A DNA stretch of 64,000 bases from Promethearchaeota archaeon (lineage in GTDB: Archaea > Asgardarchaeota > Lokiarchaeia > Sigyniarchaeales > SOKP01), in NCBI GenBank assembly GCA_019057795.1, contig JAHLWS010000062.1, forward strand, positions 1-64,000, read 5' to 3'. Under the pieces are notes generated by a model. That model was not told where the DNA came from. It saw nothing but the letters and a program-made list of their open reading frames with translations, and did not search any database. The position numbers were made by a program, and so were the translations under genes. Positions 49,869 to 59,192 of this stretch are shown here, one piece after another (within the stretch, counting starts at the first letter, position 1; each line of letters begins with the position of its first letter).

Positions 49869-50236
49869 TGAACTTGACGTTTATTTAATAATTATGCGAT
49901 TATATTTTCGAAATAGCTTTACTGCTTAAAAAAGAGCCTTTATAATATAAATTTTAGCACAAATTCTTAATATTTGTCTAATAAATCTTAATATCTCTTT
50001 AAGATTAAGCGTTAAAATAGTTAAAAGAAGTGAAATCCTTTACGGCTTTAATTTTAAGGGTTGTGAAAATAATTACCAAAATATCAACCAAATCAACGAA
50101 TCCTGCGTTGCTGCCTATACCGGAATTTTCTTTACTTATATCGCCAAAGTGCTTTCTGATAATTGATCGAGATCATAAAATCCTGAATTAAAATCTAATA
50201 AAGAATGACTTTAGAAAGTTTCAATGTGAAAAAGGA

Positions 50237-50346
50237 GACTCCTGCAACCAAGACCTAATAAGAAGGTCAGAAATAAAATAGGGGGAGTATTAGATGAGTG
50301 CTTTACGCACTACCAAAAGACAAAAATCCAGGGTGGTGCAGGAGTC
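50237..50346. other. Intergenic structured element closed by a perfect 10-bp inverted repeat
   Basis: gactcctgca/tgcaggagtc enclosing hairpins gacct/aggtc and agtgc/gcact. Confidence 0.5.
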
Positions 50347-50642
50347 ATGGTTGTATTTCCCTATTTAATTTTTTTATTTAATTCACATTACTTAAATTTA
50401 AATTCAAAAGTGTTGTCTTACTTTTGTCTTACTTTACCATAACTAATAATTTTCTGTTATTTAAATCTTTTCTCTTATTTAGTTTTTTAAGTTATTAGAT
50501 GTAAAGTGTAAAATAATATTTTTGTATAAATAAATACTATGCAAAAATGTACGCAAAAGAATAGTTCAAAAATGTCAGTTGCCTATCGAAATCTAATATC
50601 AAGTCTAAAATATTCTCAGAAAAAGTAAGAAATAAAAAAGTT

Positions 50643-52364
50643 TTATATTCCGTTGACAATCTTTTCTTTTGGAGCATACGCGTCTTGTACCGCGTAGTTG
50701 TTAAAATTAATGCTATAGTGGTCCCGCCAGGATGCTTTCATGTCTTCCATCATATCTTCGTGGACGCTTTCCTTGAATTTCCCTTCAGCGCGAATCAATG
50801 TTCCCATAGGCGCCGCTATGATTTCACCGTTTTTCACTACTATTTGACCTTCCTTTATCGTATACGCTGCGCTCGAAAACGCCTTCTCTATTGCTTTACC
50901 GTCCATCTTGTTCGGATCTAACTTATAAACCGCCACGTCGCCGATAGCTCCAACTCCAAGATGACCTCGATCTCTTAGTCCCAAGGTTTTTGCGTTTCCT
51001 GCTCTTGTAACAATGCACAACTCACTTAAAGTGTATTCTCGGTCTAAATCTGGAAGCGTTGACGCTGTACTTGCTTTCTTTGAAACCACATTCTCTAGCA
51101 TATCCTTCCGGGATTTGCGATCCATTAACCATTTGAATACAATTGGATAGGTTGTAAATGGCGCTCCGTTGGGATGGTCTGTCGTGTGGCTAATCTGCCA
51201 AGGATCTTTGATTAAGAGCATTAACTCGAGGGCAATTGCCCATTGGACGGCGTTTACACCCGTCTTCGGAGAAAAGAAATAGGGTACTACTCCCGATCCT
51301 GACTCTGCTTCGATTTGACCATTTATCCATTTCATACCTGGTTTTGCGCCCCAAGGACTCATCCCTCCAAGATGGTGGAGGGCGTGCTCCCACGGACCGT
51401 CTCCAGTCATCGTAGTAGTAGCGTATTTTGTAAATACAACTTGGCCAGTATCCAGAGACATGTGTTTGTGCGAATTGACATACTCTGCTATTTGGGATGC
51501 TCCAGATTCGAAATTTCCCCAATTTGTGCCGGCGTACGCATTGAATTGGCAATGAGTAACGTGAAATGATCGCTCTCTCTCACCATAGGGTTCGATTCCT
51601 TCACATATTTTAAAAGTCTCTATTGAATGCTCGTAATTTCCAGGGTGACCTAAATTATTACAATGGACATGAATGGAGTGAGGTAATTCTAATAGTTCAT
51701 TTGCTTTCGCTAAACTTTCGACAATCTGCCTTGGTGTAACATCCCAATGCAAGACGGGTGAATCTACACTATCGCAATTCTTGCCCCATGCCCAGTTTTC
51801 CACGCCTCCTGGGTTCACAATTTTAATCGCATAACCTTTCGTAGCTTTTAAAATCCAATTTACGTAGGCTGCTAATTTATCGATATCGTTCTCCCTTACA
51901 AATTTGAGGACATACCAGTTATTTCCAAGGATAGGCATCGCTAATTTATCGATAATAGGCATTTCTAGAAACTCTTCGTGAGTATGTCGGGCCTCCAATA
52001 AAGGCATAGCAGGCTCACATACGGTCGTATATCCTAACTTAGCGTATCTATAACCCGTAGCCCATGTGCTTGGTACGCTAAATCCCGTGCCAGATCGCCT
52101 TATTTTAGTTTTTTTCTCGTTACTTTCTGGCACTTTATCTTCCGGTCGTAATGTTCGTCCAGCATTTACTTTTGCCCCGGCGATGTGTGAATGAATATCA
52201 ACTCCTCCCGGCATAATTATCATGCCCTTGGCATCGATAACTTTTGCGTCTCCATTAACCTTATTAACAACCACGCCATCTTTAATGTAGATATCCTTCT
52301 TTTCGCCGTCAATGTTGTTCAAAGGGTCGTAAACTAAGCCATTTTTTATTATTAAATCACTCAT
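50643..52364 (-). CDS. fwdA: Formylmethanofuran dehydrogenase subunit A
   Basis: DIHSHIAG, RPED, KIVNPGGVE, HVHCNNLG, TDHPNG. Confidence 0.95.
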   Translation of the reverse strand: MSDLIIKNGLVYDPLNNIDGEKKDIYIKDGVVVNKVNGDAKVIDAKGMIIMPGGVDIHSHIAGAKVNAGRTLRPEDKVPESNEKKTKIRRSGTGFSVPSTWATGYRYAKLGYTTVCEPAMPLLEARHTHEEFLEMPIIDKLAMPILGNNWYVLKFVRENDIDKLAAYVNWILKATKGYAIKIVNPGGVENWAWGKNCDSVDSPVLHWDVTPRQIVESLAKANELLELPHSIHVHCNNLGHPGNYEHSIETFKICEGIEPYGERERSFHVTHCQFNAYAGTNWGNFESGASQIAEYVNSHKHMSLDTGQVVFTKYATTTMTGDGPWEHALHHLGGMSPWGAKPGMKWINGQIEAESGSGVVPYFFSPKTGVNAVQWAIALELMLLIKDPWQISHTTDHPNGAPFTTYPIVFKWLMDRKSRKDMLENVVSKKASTASTLPDLDREYTLSELCIVTRAGNAKTLGLRDRGHLGVGAIGDVAVYKLDPNKMDGKAIEKAFSSAAYTIKEGQIVVKNGEIIAAPMGTLIRAEGKFKESVHEDMMEDMKASWRDHYSINFNNYAVQDAYAPKEKIVNGI

Positions 52365-52672
52365 CGTAAATTTCCTTAGTTATAAGTTTAGTTTTGATTA
52401 ATCTTAAATTGACAAATAAATTTGAAATTGTACTATTAGTATTAAAAATCTATTATTTTTATAAAGATTTATTATTTAATTTAATTTAATATGAGAATTG
52501 GATTATCGGTATTAAAAGATCGTTTTAATAAAAAATTAAGATGTGAATTTTGAATTCATAAGCCAAAAATTAACAAATAAAATCTAAATTTTTTTAAGAA
52601 TGAAAAAATATATTTATAAATTAATAAACTTTTTTTATAAAAAAATTAAAAATAACTTTTAGGTGAAAAAAT

Positions 52673-53188
52673 TTGGCATTAGGTAAAATTTTTATAATAT
52701 TAGGAGCGCTCCTTAGTATACTTGGTACGTATGTTTTTGCTATTTATGGTGTTACGGGTTCTGTAGGTTCTGGTATTGGATTCATTCTGAATACATTTGG
52801 AGGGGGTCTGGCGGATCCTACGTTATTTGCAGGTTCAAGTACATATGCTACTATCTTAGGTATCGAAGTTTGGCTTTTTTACATTCTTTTGGGCGTGTTT
52901 CTGATCTTTCTTGCTGCTGGCGCACTACAATTAATAGGGGTGAAATCCAGAGTTGCTGGCTTGATCTTTTCTCTCTTTCCACTTGGTGTAGGAATAATGT
53001 TAATACTTGTCTTTTATACAGATATTTTAGGTCTTAAATCGTTCTTTTTTACAATTTTCTTTGTAGGTGAACAATTAGGAGACTTTTTCCCAATTCTTGT
53101 AAACCTCGGAGACTTAGCTTTGGGAACTTATCTGCTACTTGGTGGAGGCGTTTTAGGAGTGATCAGTACATTTCTTCCACGAGAATAA
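52673..53188 (+). CDS. Gly-rich membrane protein, hypothetical
   Basis: About 4 hydrophobic segments. Confidence 0.65.
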   Translation: MALGKIFIILGALLSILGTYVFAIYGVTGSVGSGIGFILNTFGGGLADPTLFAGSSTYATILGIEVWLFYILLGVFLIFLAAGALQLIGVKSRVAGLIFSLFPLGVGIMLILVFYTDILGLKSFFFTIFFVGEQLGDFFPILVNLGDLALGTYLLLGGGVLGVISTFLPRE

Positions 53189-53225
53189 TTTAATTTTAAA
53201 ATATTTCTTTTTTATTTTATATTTT

Positions 53226-53876
53226 TTATAGATTCTTGTCAAAGACCGATTCTAATGTCTTAATATCATCTGGTTTGTTAATGTTTTTAAAGGATAATAG
53301 ATTTGGGTCGAAATATTTGATATTCTGTTCAATTGAGACATATTTAACTGTCCAATCTTCACCGATTATTTTCGTTAATTTGTATTGCTTCTGCTTTAAA
53401 TTTCTTAATGAGGTTTTATAAGCTTTTTCAACGGGATAAATAGCAAATAAAGGCTCTCTAAAATCATTATTCCATTTGGGCATATAGCAATCATATCGAC
53501 CACATTCCTTTATCATATAATCAATAACTTCATAGCTAAAAAGGGGATTATCGCAAGATAATACAAAAACTTTTTGATACTTGAGTTTTTTTAACTCTTT
53601 AAACGTAGAATATAAACCTAAAATAGGTGAACGTACATTTTGGTTTAAAATTATATCGTAATCATCTAAAACAAAAGCCATTATTTTAGTTATATCAATT
53701 TCATTTATGTAATTCTGAATTTGATGATGAGAATTAGCTACAAGAAAAATATCGTGATTAAAACGAGATAACGTTTCTAACTGATACGAGATAAGAGGTT
53801 TACCTTTAAATTTAAAAAGTCCCTTATCAGTCCCGAATCGAGTGCTTTTTCCACCAATAAGAATTGAAAAAGCCAT
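53226..53876 (-). CDS. mobA: Molybdenum/tungsten cofactor guanylyltransferase
   Basis: IGGKSTRFGTDK, SCDNP, EPLFAIY, NINKPDD. Confidence 0.85.
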   Translation of the reverse strand: MAFSILIGGKSTRFGTDKGLFKFKGKPLISYQLETLSRFNHDIFLVANSHHQIQNYINEIDITKIMAFVLDDYDIILNQNVRSPILGLYSTFKELKKLKYQKVFVLSCDNPLFSYEVIDYMIKECGRYDCYMPKWNNDFREPLFAIYPVEKAYKTSLRNLKQKQYKLTKIIGEDWTVKYVSIEQNIKYFDPNLLSFKNINKPDDIKTLESVFDKNL

Positions 53877-54023
53877 GTATTTATTTTTATCGCTAATTTC
53901 CTAACAACTTTCTCTTAAATTAATAAATAATCTATTAAACCAATTATTAAAAATTATAAATCATTTAAATTAGTTATAGTTATAGTAGATTTTAAAAATC
54001 TTTTTCTTTACTAAAGTAATATT

Positions 54024-55547
54024 ATGGCTCCAAAGCATAAAACCAGTCTTAAGAGAGATAAACCTTTAGAACAATGTGCGGTTTTTGGTATAGCTTGCAA
54101 CGATATTACCTACTCTGTTTCTAAATTATTATATAGCGGTTTAATTTCTCAACAACATCGCGGTCAAGAATCTACGGGAATTTCTATTCTTAAAACAGGC
54201 GGAAGAATTTTTACTTATAAGAAAAAAGGATTAGTTTCCACAGTGTTGAACGATAAAGTTTTGTCCAAGTTATGGGGCAATGTTGGCATTGGGCATAATA
54301 GGTACGCTACAACCGGAGCTCAAGAGTTTGAATCTCCTGATTACATGCAACCTTTTCACTTTAATAACAATGAAATCGAGTTTTCCTTAGCCTTTAATGG
54401 AACCATACCTAATTATACAGAAATAAAACAAAACTTAGAAGAAAAGGGAAGAATTTTTGTCACAAATACAGATACAGAAGTAATAGCCCAATTGATAGCA
54501 TCTATAGCTTTAAGGACTGAAGGTTGGCCCAACATTCTGAAGACTGCAAGTAGTTCTTTAGATGGGTCTTATTCGCTTTTAATATTAACAGCTGAAGGAG
54601 ATATTTACGCCATTAGAGATCCCTTGGGATTTAAACCCTTATGTATAGGAGAATTAAAAACTGAAGAAAGACATCATTACATCGTTTCCTCTGAATCTTG
54701 CGGTATTGATGTTTTAGGTGGAAAAATTATTAGAGATGTAGAACCCGGAGAAATTCTTCATTTGAGCCACCAAAAAGGCATACATTCAGAAATGGTGTTG
54801 AAAAGCGAAAGAACAGCTCTATGTCAGTTTGAATTCGTATATTTCTCTCGCCCTGATTCAATTATTGATGGAGTTTCCGTTGCTCAGACAAGGTTGCAAT
54901 TAGGGATAAATTTAGCCAAAAACGATCCCTTATTGGATGACCCTAAGTTTAAAGAAAACACAATCGTAGTTCCAGTACCTGATTCGGGGAGAAGTGTTGC
55001 TGTAGGTTACGCACAAGAAGCGAAATTACCTTATGTAGAGGGATTAATGAAGAATCGATATGTGTGGCGCACTTTCATAATGCCTGGACAAAAAAATAGG
55101 GAAGCGGCTGTAAAAGAAAAATTAAATCCAATTAAAGCCTTTGTCAAGGGTAAGAATGTAATCATACTGGATGATTCGATCGTAAGAGGAACAACCACAG
55201 AAAAGATTATTAACTTGATTAGAGAAGCTGGTGCGATAACTGTTAATGTAAGAATTAGCTGTCCTCCTGTAATAAGACCATGTTACATGGGTATTGACTT
55301 TCCTACAACCTCAGAATTAATTGCAGGACGCTTCAAAAATCTTTATGGTGAGGAAAACTATATCGAAGAGATTAGAAAGAAAATAGGAGCTGATTCTCTA
55401 CGATATCAAACTATTGATGATCTCGTCAGTGCGATTGGAAAAAGTAAAAACCAGTTGTGTATGGCGTGCCTAACGGGGGAATATCCCCTAAAATCTGTAA
55501 ATAAAATAATTGAAATGGAAAGAGCTATATCATCAGATAGAAACTAG
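54024..55547 (+). CDS. purF: Amidophosphoribosyltransferase (propeptide + catalytic Cys)
   Basis: EQ-CAVFG, QHRGQES, GHNRYAT, PVPDSG, DDSIVRGTT, CYMGIDF, CMAC. Confidence 0.92.
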   Translation: MAPKHKTSLKRDKPLEQCAVFGIACNDITYSVSKLLYSGLISQQHRGQESTGISILKTGGRIFTYKKKGLVSTVLNDKVLSKLWGNVGIGHNRYATTGAQEFESPDYMQPFHFNNNEIEFSLAFNGTIPNYTEIKQNLEEKGRIFVTNTDTEVIAQLIASIALRTEGWPNILKTASSSLDGSYSLLILTAEGDIYAIRDPLGFKPLCIGELKTEERHHYIVSSESCGIDVLGGKIIRDVEPGEILHLSHQKGIHSEMVLKSERTALCQFEFVYFSRPDSIIDGVSVAQTRLQLGINLAKNDPLLDDPKFKENTIVVPVPDSGRSVAVGYAQEAKLPYVEGLMKNRYVWRTFIMPGQKNREAAVKEKLNPIKAFVKGKNVIILDDSIVRGTTTEKIINLIREAGAITVNVRISCPPVIRPCYMGIDFPTTSELIAGRFKNLYGEENYIEEIRKKIGADSLRYQTIDDLVSAIGKSKNQLCMACLTGEYPLKSVNKIIEMERAISSDRN

Positions 55548-55575
55548 TATTTTTTTTTAAATTACTATTCTATTA

Positions 55576-56973
55576 CTATTCTACACCATCCCAACAATAG
55601 GTACATAGTTTTTCTTTAGGTAATCCAATAGCTTTAACTAGGTTTTCTAGCCTCTGATATTTCAATGTCGTTAAATGCAACTTTTCGCGTATAACATTGA
55701 CCATTGCTTTATAATTATCAGACTCAGGATCGGTATAATCCACAGGATTTTCGAGATCTTCTCCAATTAATTCTTTAATGGCCCATCTTCCTGCTAAATC
55801 TAGCTCAGAACGAGATCGAGAGAAGTTTAAAAATTTACATCCATAAACAAGTGGAGGACAAGCAGGTCTCATGTGTACTTCTTTTGCTCCTGATTCAAAC
55901 AACCTCTTAACTTGCCTTCTCAATTGAGTACCTCTCACGATTGAGTCCTCGCAAAAAAGAAGACGCTTGTCCACGATAAGTTCTTCAATCGGTATAAGTT
56001 TCATCTTTGCGACTGTATCCCTAATGGATTGTTCTTGAGGCATGAAACTTCGAGGCCATGTTGGCGTATACTTTACAAAGGGTCGGGCATAAGGAATTTG
56101 TGCTTCGTTAGCATAACCTAATCCATGAGCTGTACCAGAATCTGGGATCCCTGCTACGAGATCAATTTCCAGATCATCCTCTCTCCGTAAATAAGCACCA
56201 CATTTATATCGAACAGATTCAACATTTATTCCCTCATAACTAGAAGCAGGATATCCATAATAGACCCATAAGAAAGCACAGATTTGCAATCTACTACCCG
56301 GTGCAACCTTTTGTTCGAGACCCTTTTCACCTAGAAAAACGATTTCTCCAGGTCCTAGATATTTTGTTATCTTATAACCAAGATTTGGGAATGCACAAGT
56401 TTCCATTGCAACAGCATAAGAAGCGGGCTTTTTACCTATAACGAGAGGCGTTCTACCTAGTGAATCACGTGCAGCGAATATCCCTTCATCAGTTAAGATA
56501 AGAATGGTACACGAACCAACGATCATATCTTGAACCTTTTGAATACCTTCTTCAAATGTAGCAGCTTGGCTAATTATTGTTGCTACCATTTCTGTAGGGT
56601 TAATTTCTCCTCCATGCATTTCTGAGAAATGAGTTCCATTTTGTAGCGCTTCGCTTGCGAGTTCTTCTATGTTATTAATTTTACCTACTGTTGAAATGGC
56701 AAAAACACCTAAGCGCGAACTTATTATTAAGGGTTGATCTTCGTAATCGCTTATTACTCCTATCCCTTTATTTCCATGCATTTTCTTGATATCTTTATCG
56801 AATTTAGATCTAAATTGGCTCTTCGTTATATCCTTAATGAACCTTTGAAAACCACCAGAGTTTTTTACCGCTAAACCACCTCTTTTGGTTCCTAAATGGG
56901 AATGATAGTCTGTACCATAAAATAGATCATCGACGCAATCTTTATCTGAAAAAACCCCGAAAAGACCTCCCAT
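55576..56973 (-). CDS. Second amidophosphoribosyltransferase-like protein lacking the N-terminal Cys
   Basis: MGGLFG start, HSHLGT, GIPDSG, EDSIVRGTQ, CTYCW. Confidence 0.8.
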   Translation of the reverse strand: MGGLFGVFSDKDCVDDLFYGTDYHSHLGTKRGGLAVKNSGGFQRFIKDITKSQFRSKFDKDIKKMHGNKGIGVISDYEDQPLIISSRLGVFAISTVGKINNIEELASEALQNGTHFSEMHGGEINPTEMVATIISQAATFEEGIQKVQDMIVGSCTILILTDEGIFAARDSLGRTPLVIGKKPASYAVAMETCAFPNLGYKITKYLGPGEIVFLGEKGLEQKVAPGSRLQICAFLWVYYGYPASSYEGINVESVRYKCGAYLRREDDLEIDLVAGIPDSGTAHGLGYANEAQIPYARPFVKYTPTWPRSFMPQEQSIRDTVAKMKLIPIEELIVDKRLLFCEDSIVRGTQLRRQVKRLFESGAKEVHMRPACPPLVYGCKFLNFSRSRSELDLAGRWAIKELIGEDLENPVDYTDPESDNYKAMVNVIREKLHLTTLKYQRLENLVKAIGLPKEKLCTYCWDGVE

Positions 56974-57132
56974 AATATATCCACTATATATTAAATCGGA
57001 ACAATATTTTTAAATTAAATTATTAATCTGAGAAGGTTAGAAAAAGCTAAGAAACGAGAAATAAAATATCAGAAATCAGCGAATTTATTTCTAAAAATCG
57101 AAGTTAAGTCTTTTTATGAATTTTTTGATATT

Positions 57133-58218
57133 TCAATTGGATTCCATTTCACCTGGAATTTTTTCACGTTTAAATCTTACCATAGTTATAGCGTCATTGG
57201 GGCAAGTAACAGCACATAATCCACAGCCTAAGCACTTATCCCTGTCTATGTGAGCAACCCCATCTACAGTTATCGCATTAAATTTGCATCGTTCTAAACA
57301 TGTCTCGCAGCCCGTACATTTTTCTTCGTTTATAAGTGATATATAATTTGCTTTGGCGATAGCTCTAGGGTTGTCAAATCGAGTAATTCCTTTTAACATT
57401 CCACAACAACATTCGCAACACGCACAGAGTATATTGCAGTTAGTCGCATCGTTATCTGTAGCGTGAACTAATCCAATTTGTGCAGCCTCTTCAGTTAGTC
57501 TTATTATATCTTCTTTAGAAGCTGCTTTTACATCTGGGTCTCCCATTTCCAATACTGCTTTAGCGTTTGGTCCCAGCAAAATACAATTGTGAATGGGATA
57601 TTTATCTTTACACTCTCTAATCCCTTCAACTTCCGCTCTTTTTCTGCAAGGGCAAGGAATTACAGCAAAATCCGTATTGGATTCAATAATATTATAAACC
57701 TCTTCAATTGGAATTATCTGATGACCAGGTTCAACTTGTTCGCTAACAGTTAAAACTCGCATGCGAGGCGTGCCATCCCTTTTATTTTCCCATGTCTTAT
57801 AATACTTATCGTTGGTGTAAAACTCTCTACTTAATTGGGCAAACTTAACAATGTCGTCTCTGGAATAATTTTCTTTTATAATAAAAGGCATGTCGTAAAT
57901 AAACAAAGGCGTTGGTAAAGAGTAATAATTCCCTATTTTTATTAGAAATCCTCTCTTACAGGTTTCTGCAAGTTTGGCAGATATTTCTGCTTTTTCCACA
58001 CCAATCTTTTTCGAAAGTTTTGATAATGATGTAGATTTTGGAAAAACTTCTAAATGGAGAATAATCTTAATTATTTCTGGATCGTACATTAAACTTAAAT
58101 ATTCAAGATACTTTTCGGTTGGCTCTCCATTCTCGTCCTTAGGAAATGATTGAGCTTTATATTTTAATTTTTTAGTAAACTCAATTAAATTTTCCTGATG
58201 TTCTTTTGAGGCTATCAT
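57133..58218 (-). CDS. Iron-sulfur protein with C-terminal 2[4Fe-4S] domain
   Basis: CPCR, CACCECCC, two CxxCxxCxxxC motifs. Confidence 0.8.
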   Translation of the reverse strand: MIASKEHQENLIEFTKKLKYKAQSFPKDENGEPTEKYLEYLSLMYDPEIIKIILHLEVFPKSTSLSKLSKKIGVEKAEISAKLAETCKRGFLIKIGNYYSLPTPLFIYDMPFIIKENYSRDDIVKFAQLSREFYTNDKYYKTWENKRDGTPRMRVLTVSEQVEPGHQIIPIEEVYNIIESNTDFAVIPCPCRKRAEVEGIRECKDKYPIHNCILLGPNAKAVLEMGDPDVKAASKEDIIRLTEEAAQIGLVHATDNDATNCNILCACCECCCGMLKGITRFDNPRAIAKANYISLINEEKCTGCETCLERCKFNAITVDGVAHIDRDKCLGCGLCAVTCPNDAITMVRFKREKIPGEMESN

Positions 58219-58478
58219 TTTTAATTTATTTTTTTTTATTTATTAATAATTATTAACAATAATATTAAGCTACGCTAGTAAATAACTAAAATACCTTCTT
58301 TTTGAAACCTTTTTTATACTTATTCTCCTAATATATATCATGGAGTGATTCTAAAAACGACCCTAATTCCCGCTCGTTTCGCTCGAAAAAATGTAAAAAT
58401 TTTGAGTTTATCGCCTTTTGGTCGAAAAAAATCACCGATTTTTTTAATCTAATTGAAAAAACGGGATCTAATGCTCAT

Positions 58479-59051
58479 GTGACTCATCATGATCTGCTCG
58501 TCAAATTCGTTAACAAAGAATACCTGAGCGGCGCGGGTGAAATGGACCACAAAAAGCGGGAAAAAGATTCGAAACACGACGATCTAACCACGCCTTCAGG
58601 TGTTATAGAATTTAAATTCCGTTCAAACGCATTGGAATCATTACCTGGCGTTTTAAGAAGTGCCGAGGAGATTTTCAAGCGCAACGATTTAATCCATTTT
58701 GCGTACTTTCGAAGAAGGCTCAAGAAAGACAAAACAAAAATTATAAAAACCCGAGGTTGCATATATTACTTAATAATCGTAATATTTCCTAAAGATGTCG
58801 AGCGTCTAAATTTAAAAGCTCTTTTGAAGGAAGTAAGAAAGGAGGAGATGGACTTTACCAAGGAAGTAGCTAAAGAAAGCGGCATTGATATGGACGACGA
58901 AGAATTATACGCCGTCGGCAACATGATTAATGAGATTAAGCTTGAACGAGAGCTAGAAGAGAAAGACAAGGCGTTAAAAGAAAAAGATAAGGCGTTAAAA
59001 GAGAAAGACAAGATTATTAAGCAGTTAAAAGAACAAATAAAGAGTAAATAG
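58479..59051 (+). CDS. Hypothetical protein with PD-(D/E)xK-like motif and EKDKALK coiled-coil repeats; reading frame open upstream to 58332
   Basis: DLTT..VIEFK; tandem 21-nt repeats near the 3' end. Confidence 0.6.
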   Translation: MTHHDLLVKFVNKEYLSGAGEMDHKKREKDSKHDDLTTPSGVIEFKFRSNALESLPGVLRSAEEIFKRNDLIHFAYFRRRLKKDKTKIIKTRGCIYYLIIVIFPKDVERLNLKALLKEVRKEEMDFTKEVAKESGIDMDDEELYAVGNMINEIKLERELEEKDKALKEKDKALKEKDKIIKQLKEQIKSK

Positions 59052-59192
59052 GTAGACTTTTTCTTTCCTGTTCAAATTTTAAATTACTGATTCAATCATC
59101 ATAGAGAAGCCTAAAATCAAATAAAAGATGATTCATTTATTAAGCGGAATTCAGTAAAGTTGATAACTAGCTTAACTGAATAATAATAATTA

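Noticed and set aside
51330-51385. In-frame insertion in FwdA (GMSPWGAKPGM) as another intron
   Set aside because: Frame is intact, the sequence is protein-like, and no BHB could be built around it.
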